Positions 28,178-37,429 of a stretch of DNA of 64,000 bases are shown here, one piece after another (within the stretch, counting starts at the first letter, position 1; each line of letters starts with the position of its first letter). Below the pieces are notes generated by a model. It ran no database searches and was not told the DNA's origin. It was given only the letters and a program-made list of their open reading frames with translations. The stretch comes from Candidatus Woesearchaeota archaeon. GTDB lineage: Archaea > Nanobdellota > Nanobdellia > Woesearchaeales > GW2011-AR9. The stretch lies in the NCBI GenBank assembly GCA_016185625.1, contig JACPND010000007.1, positions 8,262-72,261 on the forward strand, written 5' to 3'. A program made the translations under genes and the position numbers.

Positions 28178-28972
28178 TTACAAATCCCGAAGTACTTTCA
28201 TAATTTGCTCATGGATTATCCCATTCGTGGCTACCACTCCTCTTCTATTCTCAAAATCCATGGTCTGAAAGTTGAACGGTTTTCCATACCAGTCTGTTAT
28301 TGTTCCACCAGCTTCCTGAAGTATAAGTGAAGTGCCGCACAGATCCCATAAATGCAGCGGGCTGGACGGAGGGCAAAGGTAACAGGTCGCTTCACCTTTG
28401 GCCACTTCCACAATTTTGGTTGCGCCGCCCATATACGTTATTGAAGAAGGCTTCATTAGTCCTAATATTTTATCTAACGCCGTCGATTTTCGGCTGCGGC
28501 TCAGGATGAGATTGATTTCTGACGATGGAGAGACAGTAATTCTTTTTCGTTCTCCATCAGTGTACAGAAACGCCCCCTCTCCGTACAGTGTGGAAGCTAT
28601 TTCCTTTTTTGCAGGCTTATACGTCACGCCAAGGACCGGCTTGCTCTCCTGAAGCAATCCAATAATAATGCCAAATCCGTCCTTTCTCTCGATGTAATCA
28701 CGCGTGCTGTCAAGTGGATCAATCACCCAGCAGAATTCTTTGTTTCGTTCTGCCGGATTTGAATTTTGCTCTTCATCGATAAGCCCGAAGGAAGGATATT
28801 TCTCCCGTAAGTTTTTACTGAGATACGCAGAAACAAGATGGTCTATGTCTGTTACCGGTGTGTTGTCTGATTTTTTCGTGATGGCATGTTCTTGATCAAA
28901 ATTGGTGAGCAGCAGAGCGCCAGCTTCGGAAATAATCTCTAGTACATCTTCCTGAATGGGGGACAGGTTCAT
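28178..28972 (-). CDS. inositol monophosphatase / FBPase-family phosphatase (CysQ/SuhB-like)
   Basis: WVIDPLDST and WDLCGTSLIL motifs. The start is trimmed to MNLSPIQ because the listed N-terminal extension overlaps the tRNA-Thr gene. Confidence 0.7.
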   Translation of the reverse strand: MNLSPIQEDVLEIISEAGALLLTNFDQEHAITKKSDNTPVTDIDHLVSAYLSKNLREKYPSFGLIDEEQNSNPAERNKEFCWVIDPLDSTRDYIERKDGFGIIIGLLQESKPVLGVTYKPAKKEIASTLYGEGAFLYTDGERKRITVSPSSEINLILSRSRKSTALDKILGLMKPSSITYMGGATKIVEVAKGEATCYLCPPSSPLHLWDLCGTSLILQEAGGTITDWYGKPFNFQTMDFENRRGVVATNGIIHEQIMKVLRDL

Positions 28973-28982
28973 AGCAATAAAA

Positions 28983-29069
28983 AGCCCCTGGGGAGATTTG
29001 AACTCCCGACCTCGTCCTTTCTGTTTGAACGATACCAAGGACGCGCTCTAGCCACTAAGCCACAGGGGC
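28983..29069 (-). tRNA. tRNA-Thr (anticodon GGU) with a 14-nt intron at position 37/38
   Basis: Manual fold: acceptor GCCCCUG/CAGGGGC, T-arm GGGAG-UUCAAAU-CUCCC, anticodon stem CGUCC/GGACG, loop UUGGUA[intron UCGUUCAAACAGAA]A, discriminator U. Confidence 0.7.
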
Positions 29070-29138
29070 AAGTTAAGAAGAAGATTTGTACTTTTTATTT
29101 AAATATTGCTGTTATGTAGAGAAGTACGATGTTTTGCC

Positions 29139-29412
29139 AAAATCTTAACATTGCCGAACGTCGCTCACTCCTTATCGGAAACCGAGGCTTCTTGGCGGTG
29201 CCACCTTCGCTTAGTCCTCGAAGAAAATACGCTGGGAAATTACAAACTTCCATTAAATATGCGCTGTTCTGTCTGGGTGAGCGAAGCGAAAGGGTGCAAC
29301 CCGACCCCGAGGATTTGCGAAGCAGACCGCAGAGTTGTGAGAAAGCACTTTTACTAATTTTAAAGATGGCACTTCAGGACGAAGGGAATGCTCGACGTTC
29401 TTTTTTATTAAG
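29139..29412 (+). ncRNA. candidate structured ncRNA (~270 nt); identity unresolved (no convincing RNase P or SRP conserved motifs found by eye)
   Basis: The tract is GC-enriched relative to its flanks. GAACGUCG at the 5' end pairs with CGACGUUC at the 3' end, and a UUUUUU run follows immediately. Many local hairpins. The two ORFs listed here have atypical R/L/S-rich composition. Confidence 0.35.
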
Positions 29413-29532
29413 AGAGGCACTTAAAAGTAATCGTCTCGTGGGTCAAATATCTTTTTCCAGTGTTCCATATTAGGCTTTTCTTGATATTGAAATTGTTTTA
29501 TGAATTTGTCTCTAAATTTCTCTATTGTTTTT

Positions 29533-30544
29533 TCATTCTGCCCCTTTTCTTACTTTGTCTAAATCTGGCAGAGCATTAATTTTTTTAATCTGTTGCGAAG
29601 AAACTTTATGAAAAATATCTATCAATTCATCAATTTTGTGAATTTCTATCTCTTTATCATCTAAATAAATTTTGTAAGCTATTAGTTTATCTCCGATTGA
29701 GTCTTTTGTAATTGGATGATTTACAAAATTTATTTTCAGGTCCAAATTCTTATAAACTGCACAGATTTTTACTTTTTGGTAAGGCATTTGTAAATCTGGC
29801 CAGATTTCTTTGGGGTTTAAGTCATGATAGTCTCGAATTAACAAAATTGCTCCTTCTCCAAATTCCTCACTAGCATCATAAGGACCATGAAGAATCAGTA
29901 CTTTTCTATCCTGTTCCAAAAATTCTCGCAATGAGACCTCGCTGAGGAGGCTTGGGAGGAGCATATGGTATGATAGTGTATCCAAACATAGATGAATTTT
30001 GATCAACGACTTGCCTTGCCACGTCCTCGTCTGGATACAGGTATACTTTCGTTCTTCGCCGATATTCGCTTTTCTCCACCCAAGTCTTTTCTTGCTGGAA
30101 TCCTTCCCGAGTTAATCGCTCCAGAACACCAGAGGGAAGACCCTCTTCCTGCAGTTCTATACGTTGGGTGACAGAACGGTGAGCAATGGCAATAGGCTCA
30201 TGATACATCAACCAACCCACGCGCAGCGTTTGTTCGTCAACATTTTCATACCTTAAGAAGTGTTCTGACTTTGTGCACTGATAATTGGGCACTAACCTAT
30301 CAAGCAGAGAATTGAGTTTCCCTAGATCATAGAGAGGTCGTGCAGAAGCAACATATAGTATAACACTATGAAGAACTGGATTGTCTAGACTTCTATTAGT
30401 TGGATCATCACTATCAATTAAAACCGGGAAGGAATACAAAGTACTTAATTTATCAGGTAAATTATCCGGTTTTTCCCGTTCGTGTACCAACACCACCTCC
30501 GGATTTTCCTGGATGGTTTTACGAATGTCAGCAAGCAGGCTCAT
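29533..30544 (-). pseudogene. hypothetical gene split into two overlapping ORFs (apparent frameshift)
   Basis: ORFs 29906-30544 and 29533-30006 overlap by 100 nt in different frames on the same strand. Confidence 0.4.
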
Positions 30545-30597
30545 GGGTAGAAGAAAGGACGCCGATATTTAAAGATTTCTGGGGTGAAAGTATAAAA

Positions 30598-30734
30598 TGC
30601 CGAGGAAGGGATTTGAACCCTCGAATCCACTAAGGAACAGGATATCTCTTCCGCATCCACAGAAGCGTTCAAGCCGGCCTTAAGTTTCGCAGCGTCATGC
30701 ACCTGCGCATTTAGCCAGGCTTTGCTACCTCGGC
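30598..30734 (-). tRNA. class II tRNA (Leu-like: long variable arm, discriminator A) with a ~50-nt insertion and an unresolved anticodon arm
   Basis: Acceptor GCCGAGG/CCUCGGC, D-arm GCA-AAGCCUGGCUAAA-UGC, T-arm GAGGG-UUCAAAU-CCCUU, variable hairpin UCC-UUAGU-GGA. No canonical 7-nt anticodon loop with U33 can be drawn using a single 37/38 intron. Confidence 0.5.
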
Positions 30735-30854
30735 AATGAAACCATGATTTGACCAAGGCTTTATAAAATTTCCCTTATAAAGTGCCCCCCTGTAACTTCA
30801 TTAAAAAAATAAAAAATAATCTTGACGCAGACGCTTAAATGGATTTGGCCAGTC

Positions 30855-32090
30855 CTACGACTTTTCCCCCCTTAACTCCGTCGAGAAGACTTTGGTTATC
30901 TTCACCGTAACTTTCTGGCCTAATTCAAATTTTCCTTCCAGCAAGATCGGCTTATACGCATAATTCCGTCCGCGCCAGAGAACATCGCTGATCTGTTCCA
31001 TAATGAGTATCGATCCCGTCCAGCCCAGCCAGCGCTCATTCTGCATCCGCCCGATGCTCTCGGCAATATCCGAAAGCACTTTCCAGCGACGGGCAAACAG
31101 TTCTTCATCTATCCCTGAATCTTTGGTAAAATTCAGCACGTCTGCATTCAGCGATCGGATAAACGTCTGCGTCTGCCAGAAAGCATCTTCATCCTCATCA
31201 GGCACGAACACATCCGCCATGAAATGTAATTCCGGGGCATGCTTTCGCACTTCACTCAGAATCGACAGAATATTTTCTGAGGTATATTTCTGCTTCAGTT
31301 TCTTCAGCTGTTGATTATTTCCCGCCGCCAGCGCCAGATGGAGATATTTGTATATTTTGTCCTGCTGGAACAGAGGAGCCAACTGGTCTTTTATGCCGAG
31401 AAGAGTTTCCGGATTCATCAACCCTAACCGCAGGCGAAAAGAACCGGGAATCGAAGATAATTCTTTCAGCAATACGGGTAAACCCTCTTCATAACGAGCT
31501 GCATCATAGGACAGCAATTGGATTTCACCCGCACCTGCACACTTCTCTACTTCCTGCTTGATATCCTCCGGAGAATAGGATATAAATGGCGACTTCTTAC
31601 AAGACAAGCAGCCTTCCAGACACCCGCGTGTGATGGGCACATACGCCTGAAACGAACAGCGCCGTAATCTGGGCGCATTTAATGGCGGGATTTCATCCGT
31701 TTCCAGCATCCGAAGGACATTCTCATGCAAAGTTTCTTCCATCGCTTCGGCGATGTGATGGATTTTCCACGGGCCGAGCTGGCTGTATTTCCGCAGCTTT
31801 TTATCCCGTGGCACGCAGCCTGTCAAGATGATTGGCTTATACGGATGTGCGACCGTAATCTCTTCTACTTTAGCGAAAAAGGCCTTTTCTACCGTTTCCG
31901 TCAGCCGTGAAATATTAAAAATCAAAATATCGGCTTTTTCAACGCTTTCCACCGGAGAAAATTTCGCCTGCTGCAATACCCCCGCCATTAGTTCAGCGTC
32001 AGCAAAATTCTTGCCGACGGTCAGGATTTGGAAAGTGGTCATGATGCCATTCTCGCGTCTCAGAGTATATAAAAATTGTGCATCATCCAA
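30855..32090 (-). CDS. radical-SAM methylthiotransferase, MtaB/e-MtaB (CDKAL1-like)
   Basis: N-terminal MTTase domain, CLEGCLSC (CxxxCxxC), and a C-terminal TRAM-like region. Confidence 0.65.
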   Translation of the reverse strand: MDDAQFLYTLRRENGIMTTFQILTVGKNFADAELMAGVLQQAKFSPVESVEKADILIFNISRLTETVEKAFFAKVEEITVAHPYKPIILTGCVPRDKKLRKYSQLGPWKIHHIAEAMEETLHENVLRMLETDEIPPLNAPRLRRCSFQAYVPITRGCLEGCLSCKKSPFISYSPEDIKQEVEKCAGAGEIQLLSYDAARYEEGLPVLLKELSSIPGSFRLRLGLMNPETLLGIKDQLAPLFQQDKIYKYLHLALAAGNNQQLKKLKQKYTSENILSILSEVRKHAPELHFMADVFVPDEDEDAFWQTQTFIRSLNADVLNFTKDSGIDEELFARRWKVLSDIAESIGRMQNERWLGWTGSILIMEQISDVLWRGRNYAYKPILLEGKFELGQKVTVKITKVFSTELRGEKS

Positions 32091-32125
32091 AAATTTAAAA
32101 GCAGAGTATCATCCGAGCTGCCTGC

Positions 32126-33532
32126 ATGACGGTTTATGGCCTTGTTGAAAAGTGGGGTGGTACTTCCCTCGCAACAGCAGATCGGGATATCGGAGCATTA
32201 CACCATACTGTCAATACGTACAAATCTGAAGTAGCTGCCGATGGTTATACTATTCTGGTCTGTTCTGGTCCTGGAAAGACCGGAAATACCCCTGAAAGTA
32301 GAAAGGCAACCGATCATGCCTATGACATTGTAAAAAATATCCATCGCAATTCCGAATGGAAGATTTTGGAGGATATTCTTTTAAAAAAAGTGCATGATCA
32401 TCAGCTCCCACAATCCACTATTGAAAGCTTGATGCTTGAAGCACGGAATATTCTGGAGAGCGGCACTCTGGATTCAGAAGCCGAAGCCAAAATAATCGGA
32501 CTCCCTGAACGAGCGGAAGCAAGAGTGCTCTATGAACTAGGCCGACACCACTTTCCTGACCTTAACTTTGTTCTTCTCGATTATCATAACAACGGCATGC
32601 TAGGAATCCCTTCAGAAAAAAATTGTGATGTTCTTGTTACGCATGGAGAATCATTACAGCACATTCATCAACTTGCCAAAGAACTGAAAGGAAAAATAAC
32701 TATCGTTCCCGGATTTATTGGCACTAAACTAGGGACGAAAGAGATGGTCACCTTAGAACGTGGCATGTCTGACGGAACTGCTACTTATTATGGGGCTGCT
32801 TTATACCTTCATGATGTCCGCATCTTTAGTGACCAAAACGGCATTCTCCCTATCGATCCAGAAATTGTGGCAGGACTTCATCCTCTCCCTGAATTAACCT
32901 ATCGTGAAGCAGAAGCATTTGCTGGACTCGGAGCAAAAATAATCAACGACGTGGCCTTGCGTCCAGCCCGCGAACGCGGTATTCTCGTCAGCATTTTAAA
33001 TAGTTTTGATTTTTCACAGACAGGAACAAAAATACGGGCCAATCCTTCCCTTGCCCATTACGGTGTCAAAGCTATTGCCCATGTTCCGGGGTATGAATTA
33101 GTAACTGTCTTCGATATGAGAATGAATGAGAAAGGTGTCGCGGCCAATGTCGCGCGCACATTTGCTGAAAATAGTATTAGCATTGATAGTGAAGTTGATG
33201 GTGATTCCTGCAGAACATATGCTGTCATTCCCACCGCACTTTTACAAAAAGCACGAATGCAGCTGGAACAACAGGGCTATCGCTCAACAACTGCCAATCG
33301 AATGAGTCGACTGGCTATAATTGGAGAGGGCATGGATGCCGTGCGCCGGTATGGACAGGAAACTCCAGAAGAAATTTTATTACGCACCTTACGGCAACAG
33401 GGCCTTTCCGTGGAAATGCATAGCTTCAGCCGGAATTCAGTTATCCAGTCTGTGTTCATTCCACAGGAATATACTCATCGAGCGGTTACCCACCTGTATC
33501 GCGCCTTTGGCTTCCACCGGAATGAAAAATAA
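32126..33532 (+). CDS. amino-acid kinase family protein with C-terminal ACT domains (aspartokinase-like)
   Basis: EKWGGTSLA near the N-terminus resembles the KFGGTS motif; an ACT-like C-terminus (AIIGEGM...). Confidence 0.5.
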   Translation: MTVYGLVEKWGGTSLATADRDIGALHHTVNTYKSEVAADGYTILVCSGPGKTGNTPESRKATDHAYDIVKNIHRNSEWKILEDILLKKVHDHQLPQSTIESLMLEARNILESGTLDSEAEAKIIGLPERAEARVLYELGRHHFPDLNFVLLDYHNNGMLGIPSEKNCDVLVTHGESLQHIHQLAKELKGKITIVPGFIGTKLGTKEMVTLERGMSDGTATYYGAALYLHDVRIFSDQNGILPIDPEIVAGLHPLPELTYREAEAFAGLGAKIINDVALRPARERGILVSILNSFDFSQTGTKIRANPSLAHYGVKAIAHVPGYELVTVFDMRMNEKGVAANVARTFAENSISIDSEVDGDSCRTYAVIPTALLQKARMQLEQQGYRSTTANRMSRLAIIGEGMDAVRRYGQETPEEILLRTLRQQGLSVEMHSFSRNSVIQSVFIPQEYTHRAVTHLYRAFGFHRNEK

Positions 33533-33610
33533 TCACTTACTATGTTTCGCTTCACTTCAGGATGCTGAAGAATCTTTGCACTGATTAGTTGAATTTTTAG
33601 GCATGATGTT

Positions 33611-34159
33611 TTAATCGTCCTCATCATTCCCGTCGTCGTATTCCCGCGATGATCCCAAGAATAAGGCACGCACATTCCGGAGTTCTTGAGCAGTGTAAAA
33701 AACCGGCCCATGTCCAACCACAAATATTTTTTTATTCTCCTGTTCCGCATCCCTGACCCAGCTGGTGAAGCTTTCCCGTCCAGACAGCTCTTGAGCTATC
33801 GAGTCGTGGATTTGGCCTTTGGGAAATTCCCTGACGAGTGAAAGGAAATAATCGGTTTCTTTGGTCGGAGGATCTCTGCCTGCAATCATAAAAACACGTG
33901 ATGGTTCTGGATGCTGCCACTCGTACACTTCGTTTCTAGAGACCTGGTGTCCCGAAAAATGGACAGATTCAATTCCTTCACGACTCAAGAATTTTCCTAA
34001 TTTCTCAATGTAGAGGTCTCCTGTCCTGTCACTATACTGGTCCGGGTCAAGCCGAGTGACGGAACAATGGGTGTACTTCTCTGTTACTAGTTTATCAATA
34101 AATAATGCCGCAGCCAAAGGGTGGATATAATGATGGCCAACCATACCAAAACTGGACAA
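33611..34159 (-). CDS. hypothetical protein (182 aa)
   Basis: ORF only; GHHYIH and VVGHGP are His-rich patches of unknown meaning. Confidence 0.3.
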   Translation of the reverse strand: MSSFGMVGHHYIHPLAAALFIDKLVTEKYTHCSVTRLDPDQYSDRTGDLYIEKLGKFLSREGIESVHFSGHQVSRNEVYEWQHPEPSRVFMIAGRDPPTKETDYFLSLVREFPKGQIHDSIAQELSGRESFTSWVRDAEQENKKIFVVGHGPVFYTAQELRNVRALFLGSSREYDDGNDEDD

Positions 34160-34302
34160 AGAATAGAGATATAAACTTTATGCAACTACGTAAAGCTAAA
34201 ACGCAACTACAACGCCAGCCTTCCCAATACCACTTCGGCATTAACTCATCATCGCCTTACTTATCGAAAACTTTAAATAGTTCAATAGTTCAACTATTCA
34301 AC

Positions 34303-34569
34303 ATGGAAACCGATATCGTTAAAATGAGCCTAAAAGGGCAATTAGTGGTTCCTCAGGAAATTAGAGATGTAGAAGGCTTTACCGCTGGCGACCGCTTTAT
34401 CCCCTTTCCCGTAAAAAACGGCGTGCTGTTCAAGAGGGTTAAAATCCCGAATGTCAATGTCGAGTTTGAAAAATTATCAAAAGAAATTGAACAGCGGTTT
34501 AAAAAGCAAAAAATAACTCCTGAGGACGTAAATGAGGCGGTGAAATGGGCCAGACGAAAGTCCTCCTAG
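34303..34569 (+). CDS. AbrB/MazE-type (swapped-hairpin) antitoxin, VapB-like
   Basis: METDIVKMSLKGQLVVPQEIRDVEGFTAGDRF... Start trimmed to this Met; the stop overlaps the PIN gene start. Confidence 0.6.
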   Translation: METDIVKMSLKGQLVVPQEIRDVEGFTAGDRFIPFPVKNGVLFKRVKIPNVNVEFEKLSKEIEQRFKKQKITPEDVNEAVKWARRKSS

Positions 34570-34958
34570 ACACCAATATTTATATCTCCGCTTTAGGATG
34601 GAATGGAAAACCACGCGAAATTTTTCAGAGATGTATTAAGGGTGAATTGCAATTAATAACCTCCTCTCAACAAATCAATGAATTGCGGTGAGTAATGGAT
34701 TATCCAAAATTTAATCTTACACCAGAGGAAAAAGAAACATTCATTTCTCTCATTTTAGAAATAGCAACAGTGGTTGAGATTCCTGGCAAAGTCAAAGTTG
34801 TTGAACAAGATCCTGACGACGATGCCATACTTGAAACGGCCATTGTTGGGAAGGTCGATTATCTCGTAACTGGTGATCCTCATTTATTGGACTTTAAAAA
34901 ATTTGCAGGAGTAAAAATTATCACAGCAAATGAATTCTTGATGATATCAGAGATATAA
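34545..34958 (+). pseudogene. vapC: PIN-domain VapC toxin gene interrupted by an in-frame TGA at 34689-34691
   Basis: MGQTKVLLDTNIYISAL... (first PIN Asp), then stop, then (V)MDYPKF...DPDDDAILETAIVGKVDYLVTGDPHL (remaining PIN acidic residues) in the same frame. Confidence 0.6.
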
Positions 34959-34963
34959 GATTA

Positions 34964-36754
34964 CTACAGCCCCAGCCTTCCTAACACCACTTCCGCCTTA
35001 AACTCCTCTAAATCCTCATACTTCTGTCCCGTCCCTAAAAACAAGATAGGCTTCTTGATGGTATAGGCAATCGAGAGCGGTGCACCGCCTTTTTCATCGA
35101 CATCTGCCTTGGTTAGAATAACGCCGTCGAGATCAACGAGTTGATTGAATGTTCGAGCCTGCTCAATGCAGTCGTTTCCGGTAATGCTCTCACCTACAAA
35201 AATCTTCAAGTCCGGCTTCGACACTCTGATTATTTTCTGCAATTCTGACATCAAGTTAGTATTGCTGTGCAGTCGTCCGGCAGTATCAATGAGCACCACG
35301 TCAATCTTGTTCTTCTCCGCATATTTTACGGCATCATAAGCCACGGCAGCCGCATCGGCGCCGTAATCGTGCTTAATTGTTTTCACGCCTAATTTGTGGG
35401 CATGCTCTTCTAATTGCTGGATCGCCGCCGCCCGAAAGGTATCTGCTGCCGCCAACACCACTGTTAATTTGTGCTGCTGGAAATAACGGGCAAGCTTCGC
35501 AATCGAGGTTGTTTTTCCCGCGCCATTGATGCCAAAAAAAGCAATCACTAATGGTTTCCTTTCTCCAGCCATCTCCAGCACATTTACTTTCTCAACTGAT
35601 ACAATCTCTTGGAGCGTCTGTTTCAGCGTCTCCGTCACCTTTTTGGAAACGTCCCACGGCAAGGGCTTATCTACTAATTCCTTCTTCAGATCGTCTTTAA
35701 TCCTCTCGATAACTTCCACAGAGACATTATTTTCCAATAACGCCACTTCCAGATCCCAGAATAATTCGCCAAACTTTTCTTCCGAGATCGTCCTGGTGGT
35801 AAACGTCTCTTTAATCCGCGTAAAGAAGCCTTTCTTTTCTTCTTTCAGTTCTTCAGCTTCTTCTTTTGCTTTTAATCCTGCTTCTTTGATTTTTTTTTCT
35901 TCTAAAACTTTTCGTTCACTTATCTGAACCGGCTTTTCAGTCCAATAATTCCATCCCGGCTGCCATTGCTTGGCGTTTCTCCAATCATCCTTAAATGCCT
36001 GCTCCCAGCTTTTTCCTTTTAGCAGAACTTCCATGGCTAATTGCGGAGCCTGATGGGCGACAATGGCGACGTGCTTGCCGGCATATTTATCCCAGAGAAA
36101 GTTCAGAAACTCCGCCATCCGTCTCTCGACGTCACGATACGATTCCCCGCGGGGAAATGCGGTATCAATTCTCTTCAGAATATCCGCCTTGACCTTCTTT
36201 TCATCCTGCCCATTCAACTCTCCATAATTGCATTCCCGTAATCGCCCATCGGGAATGATGTTGTACGGATTTTTTGGCCAGGTTAATTTTGCGGAATCCA
36301 CAGCTCGCTTCAAGTCCGAGCAGAAAATGACGTCAAATTTCTGATCACCGATCAGCTCACGCAATTCGCGGGATTGTTTCTTTCCTAATTCAGATAATTC
36401 TCCCGGATTCCAGCCGGTGGAAATATTGTTTTCGTTATCTGTCGTCGTTCCGTGAACGAAATAGGTTATTTTGACGCCATTTATTTTTTCTTTCGATTTT
36501 ACTTCTTTTTTCTCTGGAAGAACTCCCACTTTCTTTTCCGGTAATTTAGATCTTGTTTCTTTTTTCTGGATTTCAGTTCTCTTGATCTCAATTTCCTGAA
36601 TCTCTATTTTTTCTTTCAGAATTTTCTCTGGGTGAACTTCTTTTTTTGAAACTTCTATAACTTTTTTCTCAGGAACTTTCTTTACTTCTTCCTCCGTCTT
36701 CCTGGAGAAGATAGAAAGAGCGTCCTTAAGCTTCTCTTTGAGTTTCCCGAACAT
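34964..36754 (-). CDS. ftsY: SRP receptor FtsY carrying an inserted histidine-phosphatase (PGM/SixA-like) domain in its N-terminal region
   Basis: C-terminal NG domain: GINGAGKTTSIAKLA, DTAGR, TKADVDEKGG. N-terminal: a K/E-rich tract, then YFVHGTTTD...CSDLKRAVDSA...VAIVAHQAP (histidine-phosphatase-like, with RHG replaced by VHG), then GFFTRIKETF (the start of the FtsY N domain). Confidence 0.8.
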   Translation of the reverse strand: MFGKLKEKLKDALSIFSRKTEEEVKKVPEKKVIEVSKKEVHPEKILKEKIEIQEIEIKRTEIQKKETRSKLPEKKVGVLPEKKEVKSKEKINGVKITYFVHGTTTDNENNISTGWNPGELSELGKKQSRELRELIGDQKFDVIFCSDLKRAVDSAKLTWPKNPYNIIPDGRLRECNYGELNGQDEKKVKADILKRIDTAFPRGESYRDVERRMAEFLNFLWDKYAGKHVAIVAHQAPQLAMEVLLKGKSWEQAFKDDWRNAKQWQPGWNYWTEKPVQISERKVLEEKKIKEAGLKAKEEAEELKEEKKGFFTRIKETFTTRTISEEKFGELFWDLEVALLENNVSVEVIERIKDDLKKELVDKPLPWDVSKKVTETLKQTLQEIVSVEKVNVLEMAGERKPLVIAFFGINGAGKTTSIAKLARYFQQHKLTVVLAAADTFRAAAIQQLEEHAHKLGVKTIKHDYGADAAAVAYDAVKYAEKNKIDVVLIDTAGRLHSNTNLMSELQKIIRVSKPDLKIFVGESITGNDCIEQARTFNQLVDLDGVILTKADVDEKGGAPLSIAYTIKKPILFLGTGQKYEDLEEFKAEVVLGRLGL

Positions 36755-37142
36755 CGTGCTCCACTTCCTGATAGATCTTCATCGCCTGCGTGCTGAGCTG
36801 TTCCAGAACGGCATTCGCTTCTATGATCTGCTCCTGCACCTGCGTCTCCTGCTGTCCCAATAACTGCACCACTTCCGGGATCGTCCGCTCCACAGTCACA
36901 TTTGATCCCACATTCACAATGAGTCTCTTATTTTCCAGCAATTCTGCTTTCAGAAAAATGCCGTTGGCGATCGGCGCCAGGATCTCATTTTTCTTGGGCG
37001 TCTTTTCCAATTCCGTAACCGCATTTTTGGAAATCTCTAATTCCTGCATCTGTTCATTCAATATCTCTAAATGCCCGCCTAACTGCTCAATCTGCTGCTG
37101 GAGCATCTGAAACCGCTGGTACTTTTCCTGTACGGACCCCAT
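36726..37142 (-). CDS. pfdA: prefoldin alpha subunit
   Basis: 138 aa with coiled coils flanking two beta-hairpin regions (APIANGIFLKAELL...LIVNVGSNVTVE). Confidence 0.7.
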   Translation of the reverse strand: MGSVQEKYQRFQMLQQQIEQLGGHLEILNEQMQELEISKNAVTELEKTPKKNEILAPIANGIFLKAELLENKRLIVNVGSNVTVERTIPEVVQLLGQQETQVQEQIIEANAVLEQLSTQAMKIYQEVEHDVRETQREA

Positions 37143-37333
37143 TATAGCTTTCTCCGCAGCTGCTTCAGGAATTTCTCATATAACGCTTCGCTCTTCAGAA
37201 AGGCAATATCCGGCTCTTTTGGAAACAACGGCGTGTTCCCTGAGATGAGGCTCTTCCCTTCCTTCATGATGGCCTGCAGTTCTTTCTCTACCAGAACTTT
37301 AAGTACGATACGGTCGTCTTTGGTCAAGGTCAT
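37142..37333 (-). CDS. small protein (63 aa), possibly ribosomal protein LX/L18Ae by operon position
   Basis: It lies upstream of pfdA-ftsY, matching the conserved archaeal LX-pfdA-ftsY arrangement. The sequence alone is not diagnostic. Confidence 0.25.
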   Translation of the reverse strand: MTLTKDDRIVLKVLVEKELQAIMKEGKSLISGNTPLFPKEPDIAFLKSEALYEKFLKQLRRKL

Positions 37334-37429
37334 AACAAGAGGAATCTAGGGGGGATTTTATAAGGTTTTTGTTTAAAATATATGTTAAACACCCGAAAGG
37401 TATAAATAGCCTTTTTCTTCTGTCACTAT

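Noticed and set aside
28973-29038. N-terminal extension of the IMPase-family ORF
   Set aside because: Overlaps tRNA-Thr on the same strand; the start was moved to MNLSPIQ.
29106-29473. Two overlapping ORFs (83 and 114 aa) suggesting protein-coding potential
   Set aside because: Composition is atypical for this genome, the ORFs overlap in different frames, and the region shows RNA-like terminal pairing and an oligo-T tail. Treated as a candidate ncRNA instead.
34689-34691. TGA in vapC as selenocysteine or reassigned sense codon
   Set aside because: TGA terminates other genes in the window (e.g. smc), there is no evidence of a SECIS element, and a PIN toxin is an unlikely selenoprotein. Nonsense mutation or read-through is more likely.
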